Source: Bacillus subtilis subsp. subtilis str. 168 (GTDB lineage: Bacteria > Bacillota > Bacilli > Bacillales > Bacillaceae). Taken from it: a stretch of 32,000 bases of DNA. Both the position numbers and the translations under genes were made by a program. The stretch covers positions 3,090,001-3,122,000 of the forward strand of contig NC_000964.3 in assembly GCF_000009045.1 (NCBI RefSeq), read 5' to 3'. Below, piece by piece: positions 1-10,034 of this stretch; the stretch's first letter is position 1; each line of letters starts with the position of its first letter. The notes beneath the pieces were generated by a model. That model did no database searches and had not been told where the DNA came from. It saw only the letters and a program-made list of their open reading frames with translations.

Positions 1-413
1 GGAAAAGCAAAGTCCGAAATGACCTCCATCTTTTTTTTACCTTGCACTTGATCAAGCAAATGATGGACAGTTTCAATGATATACGGCTGATAACTCTCTG
101 TCGTTCTCGGCGTAAACGCTCCGCTGGCAAGCGTCCGCAATCGTCTATGATCAGGCTGGTTCTGAAACAGCATCATTTGATTTTGCACATGTGAAAGGTC
201 CTGATATTTGGTTGAGCTCTCAGGCAGCGGGGTGCGGACTTTGAATCTCGCATCTTTCAAAATAGCAGCCGTTTCTTCATATCCTGTGACATACCAGCCC
301 GGGTATTTTAAGAAACTCCCTTTATAGATAGGATGAACAGCTCGCAATGTGTCGTAAAAAGAATATGGGTTTTTCAAAAACTCAGAAGATGCAGTTGACG
401 ATGCAATTGTCAC
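1..413 (-). CDS. bioI: Cytochrome P450 BioI (pimelate-moiety formation for biotin). Only the N-terminal 137 codons are present; the rest lies beyond the window start.
   Basis: The minus-strand frame is open from GTG (413-411) to the window edge, with SD AAAGGAG (422-428) 8 nt upstream. Translation VTIASSTASSEFLKNPYSFYDTLRAVHPIYKG...VHHLLDQVQGKKKMEVISDFAF is recognised as the BioI/CYP107H1 N-terminus. It is absent from the ORF track because it runs off the window. Confidence 0.85.
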   Translation of the reverse strand, partial: MTIASSTASSEFLKNPYSFYDTLRAVHPIYKGSFLKYPGWYVTGYEETAAILKDARFKVRTPLPESSTKYQDLSHVQNQMMLFQNQPDHRRLRTLASGAFTPRTTESYQPYIIETVHHLLDQVQGKKKMEVISDFAF

Positions 414-434
414 GTGATTTTCTCCTTTCTGTTC

Positions 435-469
435 AAAAATAAAAACAATCGACATCATACCGATTGCTT
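435..469 (-). terminator. Intra-operon rho-independent terminator/attenuator between bioB and bioI
   Basis: On the minus strand, AAGCAATCG (469-461) pairs with CGATTGTTT (451-443), giving 9 bp including one G-U. The loop is 9 nt and the hairpin is followed by TTTTTATTTTT. It sits in the 68-nt bioB-bioI gap. Confidence 0.6.
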
Positions 470-481
470 TTATTGATTCTT

Positions 482-1489
482 TCAGCTTTTCGCACTTAAA
501 CTAGCCTTCATTTCTTCGACTGATTCAACTTCAAAGCCTAAATCACTCAGCATTTTATGATCCTCCGTCTCCTCTTGCCCGGCAGTTGTTAAGTAGTCTC
601 CGACAAAAATGGAGTTTGCGGCGTAAAGCCCTAATGGCTGCAATGTGCGGAGATTGACCTCTCTTCCTCCGGAAATGCGAATTTCTTTTGATGGATTGAT
701 AAAACGGAACAGCGCCAGCACTTTTAAACAATACAGCGGGTTTAATTCGTTGACGCCTTCTAACGGCGTGCCATCAATTGCATGCAAAAAATTCACAGGA
801 ATGGAATCCGCGTCAAGAGCCTTCAAGCTTTTGGCGATGTCAATGACATCCTGTTTCGTCTCCTTCATCCCGATAATGGCGCCTGAACACGGAGACAGCC
901 CCGATTCTTTTGCGATTTCAACCGTATTGACTCTGTCATCGTATGTATGTGAGGTTGTGATGTTTGAATGGTTTCTCTGTGACGTATTCAAATTATGATT
1001 ATAGCGGTCTACTCCTGCATCTTTGAGCCGCTTCGCCTGCTCTGGCTTCAACAGTCCAAGACATGCACAAATCTTCAGTCCATACGTCTCTTTAATTTCC
1101 TGAACCGCATCTACGACCTGATCCACTTCTCTGTTAGACGGACCTCTGCCGCTTGCCACGATACAATATGTGCCGATATTCAGATCGTGCGCCCGCTTCG
1201 CGCCTTCAAGCAGCGTTTCCTTATTCACCATCCGGTAAGACTCAATCGGCGCTTTCGAAATCGCAGACTGTGAACAATAGCCGCAGTTTTCCGGGCAGAG
1301 CCCGGATTTCGCATTCATAATCATATTGAGCTTTACTTTTTTTCCGTAAAAGTGTTTTCTGATGTGAAAAGCCCCGTGCATTAATAGCAAAATATCTTCA
1401 TCAGGACAATGTAATATTGAAAGCGCCTCTTCGTCAGTCACTTCTGCTCCAGCCAGCACCCGGTCTGCGAGTTCCATCCATTGATTCAT
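482..1489 (-). CDS. bioB: Biotin synthase (radical SAM), 335 aa
   Basis: ORF 482..1612 trimmed to the ATG at 1489 (MNQWMELADRV...). The upstream 41 codons overlap bioD. Radical-SAM motif CPENCGYC is present, and the protein is recognised as B. subtilis BioB. Confidence 0.93.
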   Translation of the reverse strand: MNQWMELADRVLAGAEVTDEEALSILHCPDEDILLLMHGAFHIRKHFYGKKVKLNMIMNAKSGLCPENCGYCSQSAISKAPIESYRMVNKETLLEGAKRAHDLNIGTYCIVASGRGPSNREVDQVVDAVQEIKETYGLKICACLGLLKPEQAKRLKDAGVDRYNHNLNTSQRNHSNITTSHTYDDRVNTVEIAKESGLSPCSGAIIGMKETKQDVIDIAKSLKALDADSIPVNFLHAIDGTPLEGVNELNPLYCLKVLALFRFINPSKEIRISGGREVNLRTLQPLGLYAANSIFVGDYLTTAGQEETEDHKMLSDLGFEVESVEEMKASLSAKS

Positions 1490-1491
1490 TC

Positions 1492-2187
1492 TCATACCCC
1501 CACTTGATTCATCAGTAATGATAGATTGATATGGTCTTTTACCATATGTAGAACCGTTTCTTTCGTCACGTTGGCAAGCTTTGGCGTAACCCCTAAAATC
1601 GGCACACCGCATAAGCGCTCAATCATCTCAGGATTGGTTTTTTCATCTTCATCAGGAGAGTCACTGATTCCATTGATGATAATTCCGGCGATTGGAAGCC
1701 CCATGCTTTCTGCATATTTGACAGTTAAAAAGGTATGATTAATGGTTCCAAGGCGAGGACGCGCCACAATAATCATGGGAAGCTGCAACGCTTTTATGAC
1801 ATGACTGACCAAATAGTCCTCTCCCAATGGCACAGAAATACCGCCTGCACCTTCTACGATGAAGCATTCATGTTTTTCTCTAATCCGCCCCCAATGGCTT
1901 AAAACCTCTTCCATGGTGACAGTCTTTCCCTCAAGTTTCCCTGCAACGTATGGTGCAAGCGGCGCCTTGAAGGCAAAAGGCGTAATGTCTTCATGAGAAA
2001 GACTGGTCTGCGACATATCTTTCAGCAAACTTGTATCACTATCTGGATGATGGCGCGATATCCCGCTTAAAAATGGTTTATACACCCCGACATGTCTATT
2101 ATTGTCTTTCAATAAGGCAGCAAGACCGCTGGATATAACCGTTTTCCCTACTTCTGTATCAGTTCCCGTCACAAAAAAACCCCTCAA
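1492..2187 (-). CDS. bioD: Dethiobiotin synthetase, 231 aa
   Basis: The ORF-track protein starts [16 protein letters not shown] (P-loop GTDTEVGKT). Its stop lies 2 nt before the bioB start, and its position in the bio operon fits. Confidence 0.93.
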   Translation of the reverse strand: MRGFFVTGTDTEVGKTVISSGLAALLKDNNRHVGVYKPFLSGISRHHPDSDTSLLKDMSQTSLSHEDITPFAFKAPLAPYVAGKLEGKTVTMEEVLSHWGRIREKHECFIVEGAGGISVPLGEDYLVSHVIKALQLPMIIVARPRLGTINHTFLTVKYAESMGLPIAGIIINGISDSPDEDEKTNPEMIERLCGVPILGVTPKLANVTKETVLHMVKDHINLSLLMNQVGV

Positions 2188-3353
2188 ATGATGTGCAGCT
2201 CCTTTCCGATTGAATGAAATGTTTGCAGCAAATGATCAATATCACCCATACTGTGGTCAGACGTGATTGTAATTCGAATCCGGCTTTCACCCGGCGCAAC
2301 GGTTGGCGGCCGAATGGCAGGAGCATAAATTCCCTTGCCCTGCAGTTTTTCAGCAAATAGGACCGTTTTATGGGCATCGCCAATGACTACAGGAATAATC
2401 GGTGTGTGATCTCCTTTCACCACATAACCCATATTCTTCAGACTGGTTCTGATCATGCTGATATAAGAAAATAAAAGCTGTCGTTTTTCCCTGCTGGCTT
2501 CAATGATGTTGAAAGCCTCGTGAGCAGCCGCACAGCTGGCTGGCGGAATAGCGGTTTGAAAGATAAATGTTCTGGCATGGTTCAGCAAAAAGTCGATGAA
2601 GACCGCTGATCCTGCCGCAAAACCTCCTTCCGCGCCAACAGCTTTGCTTAAGGTGCCGATAACAATGTCGGGACAAACACCAAAGTATTCACTCGTTCCT
2701 TGTCCCGAATCGCCCAAAACTCCTGTTGCGTGGGCATCATCAACGACCACGAAGGCATGATAGCGTTTCGCAAGTGAGATGATCTGATCAAGAGGGGCGA
2801 TTGTGCCATCCATGCTGAATACTCCGTCTGTTACGATAAAACGGCGCTGATAACGCTGTGTTTCATTCAGCTTGTTTTCAAGATCATTCATATCAATATG
2901 CCGATAAACAACTGTATCAGCCTTAGAAAGTCGGCAGCCGTCGATCATACTTGCATGATTGAGCTGGTCACTTAAAATGACATCTTCCTTTTCTGGCAAG
3001 GATGAAAGGACACCGACATTGGCCAAGTAACCGCTCGAAAACAGCAGGGCCGCTTCTGTCAGTTTAAAGCTGGCAATCTTCTTTTCTAGCTTTTCATGCC
3101 AGACCGAATTGCCTGTCGTTAAACGTGAACCGCTGCTTCCTGTCCCAAATTGCTGCAATGCTGTTTGGGCTGCATCGATCAAACGTCTATCGCTTGCGAG
3201 CCCTAAATAATTGTTTGAGGACCAGACCGTTTGATTTTCGCCATCAATATTCCTCTCTGGAACCGGCGCTCCATCCATTGACCGCAGGTTACGATGTACG
3301 CCGGCTTCTTTCATTCTGTCTAACCGCTCGTTTAACCAGGAATCAATCTTCAA
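2184..3353 (-). CDS. bioF: 8-amino-7-oxononanoate synthase (PLP-dependent), 389 aa
   Basis: Alpha-oxoamine synthase family features are present: DDAHATG and the PLP-lysine context GTLSKAVG. It has a 4-nt ATGA overlap with bioD. Confidence 0.93.
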
Positions 3354-4689
3354 GGCTCGTAACCTCGTGGATCGCTTGTTTCATAATGGCAACCATTTCC
3401 GAGAGCTCTTCAGCTGTGCTGGCAAGAGGAGGAAGAAATGCAATCACGTCCCCAAGCGGTCTTGTCAGCATTCCTAACTCTCTCATTTTTAAGGAAACTT
3501 TGTATCCAATCCGCCGATCAGCCGGGTAAGGTTCTTTAGTTTCCTTTGATCGTACAAGCTCTGCACCGCACATAAAGCCAAGCTGCCGAATATCCCCAAC
3601 ATGAGGAAGAGCGTGCAGATCTTGAAGAAGAAAATGGAGCTTTTTACTTTTTTCCGCTACTTGTTCCACAATGTTTTCAGATTCAAATAATGCCAGATTT
3701 TCAAGCGCAACCGCACAGCCAAGCTGATTGCCTGTATAGGAATGGCCATGGAAAAAGGTTTTTAGGTTTTCATAATCATCATAGAATGCCTTATAGATGT
3801 CTTCAGTGGCAAACGTAACGGCAATTGGCAAATAGCCTCCTGTAATGCCTTTACCGGCAGCCATCAGATCAGGCTGGACATTCTCGTGCTCGCACGCAAA
3901 CATTTTTCCTGTACGGCCAAAGCCTGTAGCGACTTCATCAACGATCATTAAGACATCGTATGTTGTACATAGCTCGCGCACGCCTGCCAAATATCCTTCC
4001 GGCATCACGATCATACCGGACGCGCCTTGTACCATTGATTCAATGGAAAGCGCGGCAATTTCCTCATGATGTTCCTCAAGCAGCTGTGCAAGCTCTCGGA
4101 GGCACTGATCACGGCACTCATCAGGATCACCGCTTTCAGAACGATACACATAAGGAATCGGGGCCTTGTAACTCTCGAACATCAACGGGCCGTATACGTG
4201 GTGAAAAAGCTCAATTGAACCGACACTGACGGCGCCAATCGTATCACCGTGATACCCGTTTTTCATTGCGATGAATTTTTGTTTCTCGGGCTTCCCGATG
4301 TTCTTCCAATACTGAAACGCCATTTTTAGGGCTATTTCCATCGCCTCTGCGCCGCTGTCTGAATAAAAGACCCGCGTGAGCTTTTTTGGGCTGATGTCGA
4401 TTAATGTTTCGGCAAGCTGGGTTGCTGGAACATTGGTCATGCCCAATAACGTGGAGTGCGCAATTTTTCCGAGCTGTTTTTTTATGGCGTCATCTAGTTC
4501 TTTTTTGCGGTGTCCGTGGACATTAAGCCAAACCGATGAAAAACCGTCATAGTATTCCTTGCCGTTTATGTCTTTGACTTTGATTCCAGTCCCGCTTTCG
4601 ATGATTAAGGGGTTTTCATCATAATCTTTCATTTGGGTAAATGGCAGCCAGAGGTGCTTTTTACTTTTTTCTATCAAATCATGAGTCAT
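3343..4689 (-). CDS. bioA: Adenosylmethionine/lysine-8-amino-7-oxononanoate aminotransferase (class III), 448 aa
   Basis: Class-III aminotransferase motifs are present ([18 protein letters not shown]). It overlaps bioF by 11 nt, and the operon context fits. Confidence 0.92.
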
Positions 4690-5458
4690 GATCTTCCTCC
4701 CACTCTATTAAAATAGGCTGCTTCTCCAGGTCATGTATGTACGTGTTTACATCATTGGATCCATCAATAAAAAAGACTCGGCAGCCCTCTTCAGTCCCGT
4801 ATTCTTTCATTGCTGTAATACGCTGATAGCCCATTTTCTTACCCGCAACATAGCCTGTTATGTAATCCGGATCGTCCGACCAGCATAATTCTGCAACGAC
4901 TGCCGGGTGCCGGCTTACCTTTGAAGCGAGCGCAAGGGCCTCTTTTATTCTTGAATGAGCTGGCACGTGACTGTGAAGCGCCCATTTTTCAAAATTAGCG
5001 TCCGGCCAATCCATTCTGGAGACCCGCACCCCTTTTTCTTTTGTTTGATCCATTCGCTTGCCTGTATGAATATCAAACAACACCGCACCCCTGACATCTG
5101 ACCATTCAGGGATTTGTTCATATGCTTTTTCAATCACGTCTCGTGAAACGCCTTCTTTTTCCAATAACAATCGGGCAAGCTTTTGTCCTTCTTCCGGGCA
5201 GCTCACTTCATTCGTATGCACAGGCAATGGCTGAATGGTTTTTATCGATTCATGTACCTCTTCAAATTGAATTTGCATAAAATCAGGTTTTCCTCTTGAA
5301 TGGGATAACCCTTTTTCTAATAAAGCATTGACTGTATGCTTCATCTCATGGAAAGGAATAAGCCGTTCTCCGCCGGATATATGCTTTCCGCCGTCTTCAT
5401 GAGATCCATTCATTGAAGCCCTCATTCTGACACTATAAAAAGTTTCTTCTTGCATCAT
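4679..5458 (-). CDS. bioW: 6-carboxyhexanoate (pimelate)-CoA ligase, 259 aa
   Basis: ORF 4679..5473 trimmed to the ATG at 5458 ([33 protein letters not shown]), with SD AAAGGG 6 nt upstream. It is the first gene after the bio promoter and overlaps bioA by 11 nt. Confidence 0.9.
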
Positions 5459-5510
5459 TTCTCGCCCTTTCACTGATAACTGAAGAACGTGTAGCGCTTC
5501 TCACCTAAAT

Positions 5511-5539
5511 TGTTAACCAATTATATTCAAAGGTTAACA
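5511..5539 (-). promoter_or_regulatory. BirA operator (bioO)
   Basis: Inverted repeat TGTTAACC (5511-5518) and GGTTAACA (5532-5539), i.e. TGTTAAC-N15-GTTAACA, which is the Firmicute BirA box pattern. It lies immediately downstream of the -10 element of the bio promoter. Confidence 0.8.
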
Positions 5540-5544
5540 ATTAG

Positions 5545-5573
5545 AATATATTATTCTCTCCTGTTTCTGTCAA
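5545..5573 (-). promoter_or_regulatory. SigA-type promoter of the bio operon
   Basis: Minus strand: TTGACA (5573-5568), 17-nt spacer, TATATT (5550-5545). Confidence 0.7.
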
Positions 5574-5615
5574 TAGAAGAAAGGATCGATTTATGGCAGT
5601 TGGTTAAAAGGAAAC

Positions 5616-5648
5616 AAAAAGACCGTTTTCACACAAAACGGTCTTTTT
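5616..5648 (-). terminator. Rho-independent terminator of ytaP
   Basis: Perfect 14-bp stem AAAAAGACCGTTTT / AAAACGGTCTTTTT with a 5-nt loop, 17 nt downstream of the ytaP stop. A T-run follows on the minus strand. Confidence 0.85.
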
Positions 5649-5664
5649 CGATTTCTTTTTACAG

Positions 5665-6564
5665 TCACAGCCACTTTTGCAAAAACCGGACAGCTTCATG
5701 CCTTATAACTGCTGTTTCGAAATGTCCCGAAGCAGAACGGACCACTCGGTAGCAATCAGCAGCTCCCTGTCCAGCATAGACAGCTGTCAATTCTTTTTCG
5801 ATTTTGTCCACGCCCTCAGCCGGCGTTAACCGATCGTGTACACCAACAAGACTAAGGTGCGGGCGCGGCGCGATCAGGCTTTGGATCTCCGATGCGGAAA
5901 AATGCTTTGCAAGCGATGGGACGTAATAATAAAAGCCGTGCCTGTCAAGATTCTGTGTTTTGATCAGCACGTGATGATCCACCTGGCTGCACAAATCCAC
6001 ACACACCTTAATCCGGTCATCGAGCGCCGCTGTCCACCACGCCATCAAACCTCCCATAGACATGCCGATGGTTCCGATCCTGTCAGGCTGAACATCAGAG
6101 CGTGACTGCATATAGTCTAACGCACTTAAACTGTCATAAATCATCATCCCCCACATCACTTTTCCGGTGAGAAGCATTTCTTTAAATATCTCGCTTTCCG
6201 CTTTTCCCCGCCGATCTCCAAACCCCCAATGATCAATCGCAAGAACGCCGTATCCGAGTGAAGTAAGCTCATCAGAAAAAGAAGGCGTTTTCAAATAATC
6301 CGCTCCCTCAATCAGCTCACTTTTTCCCCTATCATACTGGCCTCCATGCGAATGCTGAAACAATACGGCTGGGCACGGTCCTTCTGTTTTCTTCGGCTTC
6401 ACAAAATAAGCGGGCGCCTTTTCATGTCCATTTAAATCGAGCAGGAGCGTTTCAACGATATTTTCTTCTCTTTCTTCAATACGTAATGTCTCAACACTGA
6501 TTGGCCTCCGATCAGGCAAATCACCAAGCAATCGAAACAGTTGCTTTCTTCTTTCGGCTCTCAT
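5665..6564 (-). CDS. ytaP: Alpha/beta-hydrolase-fold protein (dienelactone hydrolase / acetyl-esterase-like), 299 aa, function unknown
   Basis: Nucleophile-elbow motif GMSMGG is present, with a C-terminal SGHFE (candidate catalytic His). SD GGAAGGGTGA precedes the ATG. Recognised as YtaP. Confidence 0.85.
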   Translation of the reverse strand: MRAERRKQLFRLLGDLPDRRPISVETLRIEEREENIVETLLLDLNGHEKAPAYFVKPKKTEGPCPAVLFQHSHGGQYDRGKSELIEGADYLKTPSFSDELTSLGYGVLAIDHWGFGDRRGKAESEIFKEMLLTGKVMWGMMIYDSLSALDYMQSRSDVQPDRIGTIGMSMGGLMAWWTAALDDRIKVCVDLCSQVDHHVLIKTQNLDRHGFYYYVPSLAKHFSASEIQSLIAPRPHLSLVGVHDRLTPAEGVDKIEKELTAVYAGQGAADCYRVVRSASGHFETAVIRHEAVRFLQKWL

Positions 6565-6648
6565 CCCATCACCCTTCCTTATTCGCTTACTTCACATTTA
6601 CGAGACAGATCTGGGTTCCCCTTTATTTTTCCAACATAAATCACATCA

Positions 6649-6668
6649 TTTACTAAATATTTAGTAAA
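6649..6668. promoter_or_regulatory. Perfect 20-bp palindrome TTTACTAAATATTTAGTAAA. Candidate operator in the ytaP/msmR divergent region.
   Basis: The sequence equals its own reverse complement exactly. A third copy of the half-site TTTACTAAATA occurs at 6755-6765, just before the msmR SD. The palindrome itself is certain; the operator role is inferred. Confidence 0.45.
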
Positions 6669-6696
6669 TATTATGGAATATTTCGAAAACAATTAT

Positions 6697-6710
6697 TGTA
6701 ACCGCTTACT
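6697..6710 (+). promoter_or_regulatory. Catabolite-responsive element (cre, CcpA site) overlapping the putative msmR-operon promoter
   Basis: TGTAACCGCTTACT fits the degenerate cre consensus WTGNAANCGNWNNCW at every defined position when the flanking T at 6696 is included. It overlaps a possible -35 TTGTAA (6696-6701), which has an AT-rich -10 candidate (TGATAATAT, 6717-6725) 16-18 nt downstream. Confidence 0.6.
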
Positions 6711-6781
6711 TTTATATGATAATATCAATTTATCAAAAACAGATGAGTTAATATTTTACTAAATAGATGAGAGGGATACCC

Positions 6782-7816
6782 ATGGTTCGTATTAAAGATA
6801 TCGCCTTGAAAGCTAAAGTTTCCAGCGCAACTGTGTCCAGAATTTTAAATGAAGATGAGTCGCTTTCTGTTGCGGGCGAAACGAGACAAAGAGTCATCAA
6901 CATCGCTGAAGAGCTTGGTTATCAAACCGTTGCCAAACGCCGAAAATCCCGCGGGCAAAAACAGCGGGCTCAGCCGCTGATCGGTGTGCTGAGCTGTCTG
7001 TCCCCTGATCAGGAAAGGCAGGACCCTTATTTTTCTTCCATTCGGAAAGGGATTGAAAAGGAATGCTTTGAACAGGAAATTTTCATTACAAATTCGATTC
7101 ATCTCGGCTCCTTTCAGGAACATATCTTTCGGGAATTGGATGGTGTCATTGTCATCGGCCGTGTTCATGATGAAGCGGTTAAGCATATCAGCGGGAGGCT
7201 GGAGCATGCCGTATTTATCAATCATTCACCAGATCCGCAAGCATACGATTCGATTGGCATCGATTTTGAATCGGCTTCACGCCAGGCGATTGATCACCTT
7301 TTCGACTTAGGCTACAAACGGTTAGGCTACATTGGCGGACAAGAAAAAGAGCATACGCTGAAGGACGGCCAAAGCATTCGCAGAACGATTGAAGATAAAC
7401 GCCTGACCGCTTTTTTGGAGTCAGCCGCCCCCCAGCCTGAGCATGTGCTGATCGGAGAATACAGCATGCGTGAGGGCTATCGCCTGATGAAGAAAGCAAT
7501 CGATCAAGGCCATCTGCCGGAAGCATTCTTTATTGCCAGCGATTCTATGGCGATCGGCGCATTAAAAGCGCTGCAGGAAGCCGGACTGCAAGTGCCGCGG
7601 GATACCGCAATCGTCAGCTTTAACGGCATTGAGGAAGCTGAATTTGCCAGCACGCCTTTAACGACGGTGAAGGTATACACAGAGGAAATGGGCCGGACAG
7701 GCGTAAAACTGCTGCTTGACCGTCTCAATGGCCGAACGCTTCCTCAACATGTCACCCTGCCTACAACATTAATCGTAAGACAAAGCTGCGGATGTACAGC
7801 AAAGGAGGTGACATAA
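6782..7816 (+). CDS. msmR: LacI-family transcriptional repressor of the melibiose/raffinose operon, 344 aa
   Basis: ORF 6767..7816 trimmed to the ATG at 6782 (MVRIKDIALKAKVSSATVSRILN, a LacI-type HTH), preceded by SD GAGAGGGA. The C-terminal part is a periplasmic-binding-fold sugar sensor domain. Confidence 0.9.
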   Translation: MVRIKDIALKAKVSSATVSRILNEDESLSVAGETRQRVINIAEELGYQTVAKRRKSRGQKQRAQPLIGVLSCLSPDQERQDPYFSSIRKGIEKECFEQEIFITNSIHLGSFQEHIFRELDGVIVIGRVHDEAVKHISGRLEHAVFINHSPDPQAYDSIGIDFESASRQAIDHLFDLGYKRLGYIGGQEKEHTLKDGQSIRRTIEDKRLTAFLESAAPQPEHVLIGEYSMREGYRLMKKAIDQGHLPEAFFIASDSMAIGALKALQEAGLQVPRDTAIVSFNGIEEAEFASTPLTTVKVYTEEMGRTGVKLLLDRLNGRTLPQHVTLPTTLIVRQSCGCTAKEVT

Positions 7817-7849
7817 GCAAAGATTCATCACGATGATAAGGAGGAAAAG

Positions 7850-9130
7850 ATGAAACACACTTTTGTTTTATTTCTCTCTCTTATTCTGCTTGTTCTGCCC
7901 GGGTGTTCAGCAGAGAAAAGCTCAGCAGATACCGCAAAAAAGACGTTAACCATTTATTCTACAATGTCAACCGACAGTGAAAGAGATACGTTCAGAAAAC
8001 TAGCGGCAGCATTCGAAAAGGAACACAGTGACATTCATGTCAGCCTTCATTTCCCAGGCAATGACTATGAAAATATGATGCGTGTCAGAATGGCGGCCAA
8101 TGATTTGCCAGATCTATTCGATACACATGGCTGGGGGAAAATCAGGTACGGAGAATATACAGCGGATCTCCGGGATATGAAATGGACTCAAGATCTTGAT
8201 CCCAATTTAAACAGCATCCTCAAAAATAAAAGCGGAAAGGTGTATGCCTATCCAATCAATCAGGCAAAAGACGGTCTGGCGTATAATCGCAATATTTTAG
8301 ACCGTTACGGCATTGCTCCGCCGGAAACCATGGATGACTTTATCAAAGCACTGAGAACGATTAAAGAAAAGAGCAAGGGAAGCATTGTTCCCTTCTGGTT
8401 TGCCGGATATGACAAAAGCTCATTCGCCCAATATTACGACCAATTCGCTACACCTCTTCTCATCACAGACCCTGCCCATAATGAAAAAAAACAGCTCATC
8501 AACGGCACTTTTCAATGGAGTAAATTCACTTATTTATCAGAAATCCTCAAACAAATGCAGAAAGAAAAATTGATCAATATCGACGCCGTCACGGCAAAAA
8601 AATCACAGCTCATTGAATTAATGGCCCAAAACAAAATCGCCTTTACAATGCAAGGCGGCACACTCGGCCAAGACGTTGCCCAGATCAACCCGAACGTCAA
8701 GGTCGGCATTATCCCGACACCTGCCATCCATCCCGGTGATGACCCGATATGGATCGGCGGTGAACGCTACACCCTTGCAGCATGGAAAGATTCGCCTCAA
8801 TTAAAAGAGGCAAAAGATTTTATCGCATTTATGGCCCGCCCGGCCAATGCCAAACAAATGGCTGAAGCCACATCGCTTCCTTCAGGGCTGACCAATGTGA
8901 AAGCTGATATTTTCTACGCAAACGATTATGAGTATTATCAAGATGTCAAAGTCGAGCCTTACTTCGACCGGTTATACTTGCCAAACGGAATGTGGGATGT
9001 CCTGGGCACGGTTGGGCAGGAGCTCGCGGCTGACATTTTGGCGCCTCAAGACATTTCGCAGAAGCTGGGAAGAGAATATAAACGACTCCGGGAGCAATCC
9101 GAAACACAGGGAGCTGAAAACAATGAGTGA
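7850..9130 (+). CDS. msmE: Sugar ABC transporter solute-binding lipoprotein, 426 aa
   Basis: Signal peptide with lipobox LVLPGC-SA, and SD AAGGAGG 7 nt upstream. It is followed by two MalFG-type permease genes. Confidence 0.92.
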
Positions 9131-10034
9131 GATCGCAAGGGACGTTCATGTGAAACAGGTTAAGCCAAAAAAGCAGTCCTCACTTTGGTGGATGTACATT
9201 CCTGCTTTGCTCTCCGTTCTGGTCTTTATGATTTACCCGTTTGTGAAAGGCACATTGATTACCTTTACAAACTGGAACGGATTTTCACAAGTCTACCAAT
9301 GGGTTGGATTCGCGCAATATGAAAGGCTGTTTTCTGATCCTGATACTTGGCATATCTTAAAAAACACGCTGCATTACGGGCTTGGCAGCACCTTTTTTCA
9401 AAATGTGGTCGGGCTTCTGTACGCTCTCCTCTTAAATCAAAGCATTAAAACGAAAGCGGTAACAAGAACAATTGTGTATTTGCCGGTGATGATCAGCCCG
9501 CTCATTATGGGCTACATTTGGTACTTTTTCTTCTCCTATGACGGAGGCGCGCTCAACGATTTGCTCGGGGTCTTCGGCATCAGCCCTATTAATGCGCTCG
9601 CCAGTCCCTCGCTCAATCCATGGATCATTGTCATGATTAACACCTATCAATATGTCGGGATCGCTATGGTTGTCTACTTAGCCGGTCTGCAAAGCATTCC
9701 GAAAGACTACTATGAAGCGGCGCAAATGGATGGCGCGAAACAAGGCCAGCAGTTTTTTACCATCACGCTGCCGCTGTTAATGCCCTCCATTACCATTAAT
9801 ATAGTCATCAACATTATCGGAGGCTTAAAGCTGTTTGACGTCATCATTGCACTCACCGCAGGCGGCCCCGGAAATGCGTCACAATCCATGTCCACGTTTA
9901 TGTATGATTTGTATTTCAAACGGCAGGATGCCGGCTATGCCGCAACGCAAGGCATATTTATGGCATTTGTCATTTTGATCATCAGCTTTTGCGCGCTTGC
10001 GTACTTTAAAAGAAAGGAGACGGAAATGTCATGA
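9123..10034 (+). CDS. amyD: Sugar ABC transporter permease (MalF-like), 303 aa
   Basis: ORF 8928..10034 trimmed to the ATG at 9123 ([12 protein letters not shown]...), because the upstream 65 codons lie inside msmE in another frame. EAA-loop motif [23 protein letters not shown] is present. It overlaps the msmE stop by 8 nt. Confidence 0.9.

Noticed and set aside
645-1273. Plus-strand ORFs of 117 aa and 92 aa inside bioB. The same kind of ORF occurs at 1526-1738, 3125-3529, 3845-4229 and 5836-6105, antisense to the bio genes and ytaP.
   Set aside because: They lie entirely inside, and antisense to, well-supported genes. They have no SD, and their composition is low-complexity or Ser/Arg/Leu-rich, as is typical of shadow frames.
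8928-9122. 65-codon N-terminal extension of amyD in the ORF track.
   Set aside because: It overlaps the 3' end of msmE in another frame. The ATG at 9123 gives the expected MalF-like N-terminus and the usual stop/start coupling.
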